NCBI GenBank assembly: GCA_965661495.1
Contig: CBFIDY010000003.1
Coordinates: 38,619-102,618, forward strand
Origin: Pseudohongiellaceae bacterium
GTDB lineage: Bacteria; Pseudomonadota; Gammaproteobacteria; Pseudomonadales; Pseudohongiellaceae
Reading direction: 5' to 3'
Length of the DNA stretch: 64,000 nucleotides
Shown here: positions 61,009 through 64,000 of the stretch, piece after piece
How the letters are laid out: each line of letters begins with the position of its first letter
How positions within the stretch are numbered: position 1 is the first letter of the stretch
The notes under the pieces: generated by a model
The model's database searches: none
Told to the model about the DNA's origin: nothing
The model's input: the letters and a program-made list of their open reading frames with translations, nothing else
Translations under genes and position numbers: made by a program

Positions 61009-61033
61009 CAACTAAGCCATGATTCCAGGCTGC

Positions 61034-62194
61034 TTAGGCCCGCTGATTGAAGCGTCGGCCCACAAGCGCGGCTGTGATGTTGACCTTTTGGATATCAATG
61101 GCGCCTCCAGCGATTCCCCAACCCCAGGCATCACGCATTTTCTGCTCTAGTGGATACTCTTTAGAGTAGCCATAGCCGCCCATAAGCTGAACGCATTTAC
61201 CGGTGACTTCGCGTGCGGTCTCGTTGGCGAAGCATTTGGCTACGGAGCTTTCGGCGATTGAAGGCAAGCCGCTCTCGGCGTTAATGACGGCGCGATAAAG
61301 CAAGAGCCGCGCTGCCTCCAGCTTCATTTTCATTTCAGCGATCTGAATCTGCACGCCTTGGAAGTCCACCAAAGGCTTGCCAAACTGCTCGCGCTCCTGA
61401 ACATAGTTCAGCACGTAGTCGAACGCCGACTGCGCCGTCGCTAGCGACATCGTGGTATTGCCGCAACGCTCTAGGTCAAAGGCGTCCATGAGTTTGCCGA
61501 AGCCTCCCGCCGGTACGAGGATGTCGTCTTCGCTGACCTCAACATCGTCGAAATACATGTCGGCGCTGTAGACGCCGCGAAAGCCCATGTGATGATCGCG
61601 CTTGCCAAAACTAAAGCCCGCAGCGCCTTTTTCCACCACGACGGCGCCAATGGACTTAGCTCCCGGGCTATCGTCCATGCGACTGTAGACTACATAGGCC
61701 TCTGAATGGCCGGCACCGGAGCTCCAGCGCTTATTGCCGTTGAGTAGCAGGCGGCCGTTCGTGCGAGTGAGCTGGGTTTTGAGATCTGTAAGTGCAGAGC
61801 CGGCATCGGGCTCTGACATCGCCACCGCGACTACTGTTTCACCACTGCAGACCTTGGGCAGTAGCCGCTGTTTCATGCTCTCGCTGCCGAAATGGGCAAT
61901 CGCCAAAGTCGGGCCGAAACAGGACTCGAAAATCGGGAAGGCGACAGCGATAGAGACCTTAGCGAGTTCTTCGAGTACTAACACTGCGTCAAAGTGAGTC
62001 ATTCCGCCGCCACCGTATTCCGTCGGCAGGTTCACACCGAGATAGCCCAATTCACCGAAGCGCCTGCGCAGCTCAAGGCTAGGCGGTTCATCATTTTCCT
62101 CAATTTCGCGAGCTATAGCGGGCAGTTCGCGCTGTGCGAACTGGCGAACTGATTCCTGTAGAGCGTGCTGCTCCTCGGTGAGCGTGAAATCCAT
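61034..62194 (-). CDS. Acyl-CoA dehydrogenase
   Basis: ATG 62194 (MDFTLTEEQ..., AGGA 8 nt upstream) is preferred over 62239. ACAD N-terminal, middle and C-terminal domain motifs are present (MSEPDAGS, GNKRWSSGAGH, QLMGGYGYSKEYPLEQ). Confidence 0.88.
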   Translation of the reverse strand: MDFTLTEEQHALQESVRQFAQRELPAIAREIEENDEPPSLELRRRFGELGYLGVNLPTEYGGGGMTHFDAVLVLEELAKVSIAVAFPIFESCFGPTLAIAHFGSESMKQRLLPKVCSGETVVAVAMSEPDAGSALTDLKTQLTRTNGRLLLNGNKRWSSGAGHSEAYVVYSRMDDSPGAKSIGAVVVEKGAAGFSFGKRDHHMGFRGVYSADMYFDDVEVSEDDILVPAGGFGKLMDAFDLERCGNTTMSLATAQSAFDYVLNYVQEREQFGKPLVDFQGVQIQIAEMKMKLEAARLLLYRAVINAESGLPSIAESSVAKCFANETAREVTGKCVQLMGGYGYSKEYPLEQKMRDAWGWGIAGGAIDIQKVNITAALVGRRFNQRA

Positions 62195-62414
62195 TGCGAT
62201 ATCCTGTTGGCTGACGTTAGGCGTCAGAGTGTAGGGCATGACCGTGGTCGATTACAGGACGTGCGCAGGCGCTTTGCCGGCTTTGTTTAAATGAATAAGC
62301 AAGTAAAGCGGAAAAAGCGCGGGGAATCCCCGCGCGCATCGGCTAAAATAGGTAATTATTTGGTCGAAAGCGATAGTTGTTCCCGGCCGCAATCGAATTC
62401 TTTTCCAGGGCATT

Positions 62415-63998
62415 ATGAGTAGCAAGCTAACAGCAGAAATTAATAAGAGACGCACCTTCGCGATTATCTCGCATCCGGATGCCGGTAAGACGACGATTAC
62501 CGAAAAGCTGATCCTCCTAGGCAACCTTATTCAGGTAGCGGGCTCCGTAAAGGGCAAACGCAACGACAAACATGCCACGAGCGACTGGATGGCGATGGAG
62601 CAGCAGCGCGGCATCTCGGTGACCTCATCGGTGATGCAGTTTCCTTACAACGACCGTGTCGTCAATCTGCTCGATACCCCGGGCCACGAAGATTTCTCCG
62701 AAGATACCTACCGCGTGCTTACCGCGGTGGATTCAGCGCTCATGATTGTTGATGGCGCGAAAGGTGTTGAGGAGCGCACGATTAAACTCATGGAGGTCTG
62801 CCGGCTGCGCGATACGCCTATTTTCACCTTTGTGAATAAGCTAGACCGTGATATCCGCGATGCGATCGACATTCTCGATGAAATCGAAACCGTGCTAAAG
62901 ATTAAGTGCGCCCCGATTAACTGGCCGCTCGGCATGGGTAAGGAGTTTAAAGGGGTCTATAACCTCTACAAAGATACTATTCATGTGTACAAACACGGGC
63001 AGGGCAATCAGCTGCACGAGGTCGATGTCATTGAGGGCATCGATAGCGAGCAAGCGCGTGAACTGCTGGGAAGCTATCGCGACGACTTCCGTGACGAGAT
63101 CGAACTTGTCCGCGGCGCGAGCAATGACTTCGATCTAGAAGCTTATCTGCGCGGTGAAATGACGCCGGTGTATTTCGGTACAGCACTGGGTAACTTCGGT
63201 GTGAAAGAGATGCTCGACGATTTCGTAGACCACGCGCCGGCCCCTCGCGGCCGCGCAACGCAGACGCGGGAAGTCGCCTCCGATGAATCCGGCTTCTCCG
63301 GTTTCGTGTTCAAGATTCAGGCGAACATGGACCCTAAGCACCGCGACCGCATTGCCTTTATGCGCCTTTGTTCGGGTGAGTATTCGCGCAATATGAAGAT
63401 GCGCCACTCGCGACTTGGCAAAGAGATCAAAGTGGCGGACGCGGTCACCTTCCTTGCTGGCGACCGCGATCAGGCGGAAGCAGCTGTGTCCGGTGACATC
63501 ATCGGCTTACATAATCATGGCACCATTCAAATCGGCGATACGTTTACCGGCGGCGAGGAACTCAAATTTCTGGGCATCCCACACTTTGCACCGGAGCTTT
63601 TCCGGCGCATCCGTTTGCAGGATCCGCTAAAACTAAAGGCGCTGCAGAAAGGTCTCACTCAGCTTTCGGAAGAGGGCTCGACGCAGGTGTTTATGCCGCT
63701 GCGCAATAACGATCTTATTGTTGGCGCGGTCGGCGTGCTGCAATTTGAAGTGGTCGCCTTCAGATTGAAAGATGAGTACAAGGTCGATGCGATTTATGAG
63801 CCGATCACTGTGCAGTCAGCCCGTTGGGTAGATTGCGAAGACCCCGTAAAGCTCGCCGAGTTTAAGAAGAAGGCCCATGACAATCTGGCGATAGACGGCG
63901 GTGGCTACCTGACCTACCTCGCGCCAACGCGGGTGAATTTAAGCCTAATGGAAGAGCGCTGGCCAGAAGTCGATTTCCGCGCGACGCGGGAGCATTAA
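62415..63998 (+). CDS. prfC: Peptide chain release factor 3
   Basis: [20 protein letters not shown] (G1), DTPGHEDF (G3) and NKLD (G4). 527 aa with full-length resemblance to RF3. Confidence 0.95.
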   Translation: MSSKLTAEINKRRTFAIISHPDAGKTTITEKLILLGNLIQVAGSVKGKRNDKHATSDWMAMEQQRGISVTSSVMQFPYNDRVVNLLDTPGHEDFSEDTYRVLTAVDSALMIVDGAKGVEERTIKLMEVCRLRDTPIFTFVNKLDRDIRDAIDILDEIETVLKIKCAPINWPLGMGKEFKGVYNLYKDTIHVYKHGQGNQLHEVDVIEGIDSEQARELLGSYRDDFRDEIELVRGASNDFDLEAYLRGEMTPVYFGTALGNFGVKEMLDDFVDHAPAPRGRATQTREVASDESGFSGFVFKIQANMDPKHRDRIAFMRLCSGEYSRNMKMRHSRLGKEIKVADAVTFLAGDRDQAEAAVSGDIIGLHNHGTIQIGDTFTGGEELKFLGIPHFAPELFRRIRLQDPLKLKALQKGLTQLSEEGSTQVFMPLRNNDLIVGAVGVLQFEVVAFRLKDEYKVDAIYEPITVQSARWVDCEDPVKLAEFKKKAHDNLAIDGGGYLTYLAPTRVNLSLMEERWPEVDFRATREH

Positions 63999-64000
63999 GC

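Overview
Gene-dense chromosomal window with 56 protein-coding genes and one tRNA-Arg(UCG). No rRNA, CRISPR array, transposase or integrase is visible. Gene families and local order (holD-like/rimI, DUF2868 plus GTPase-DUF3482 pair, modABC, prfC, TonB-dependent receptor, TAXI-TRAP) fit an environmental, probably marine, gammaproteobacterium; that is inference, not proof. Content from left to right:
- A PQQ dehydrogenase cut by the left edge, then MFS and other membrane proteins.
- tRNA-Arg with a decayed second copy upstream and a small AT-rich islet downstream.
- modABC, then grx, DUF2868, GTPase and dbpA.
- An amidohydrolase, a TonB-dependent receptor and a divergent orphan NosR-like flavo-FeS membrane protein.
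- A run of photo-oxidative-stress-type genes: Prx5 peroxiredoxin, FeS-type photolyase, DUF3429, DCC, SDR, DUF1295, TIGR01777 and SOUL.
- A DhlA-like haloalkane dehalogenase, and a lipoprotein pair (parallel beta-helix plus diheme cytochrome c).
- A TAXI-TRAP operon with rhodanese and a secreted VOC protein, then assorted metabolic genes.
- holD-like/rimI, hisC, an orphan GAF-GspE/PilB-type ATPase, acyl-CoA dehydrogenase and prfC.

I see no complete, obviously novel multi-gene system such as a defence island. The most unusual locus is 59.7-61.0 kb. It holds a roughly 280-bp AT-rich block and a 23-bp near-palindrome containing a consensus DnaA box. An unrecognisable acidic 215-aa ORF follows, then five to seven tandem 18-bp iterons that fill a convergent intergenic gap.

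Other points worth a second look:
- A hairpin-cassette-interrupted tRNA-Arg pseudogene.
- An orphan plus-strand terminator in a 513-bp CTAG-rich non-coding gap.
- A NucA-family protein with its catalytic residues replaced.
- A 12-bp motif shared by the divergent TBDR and NosR-like promoters.
- Several conserved gene pairs of unknown function.

All family calls come from reading the translated ORFs and recognising motifs from memory. No database search was run.
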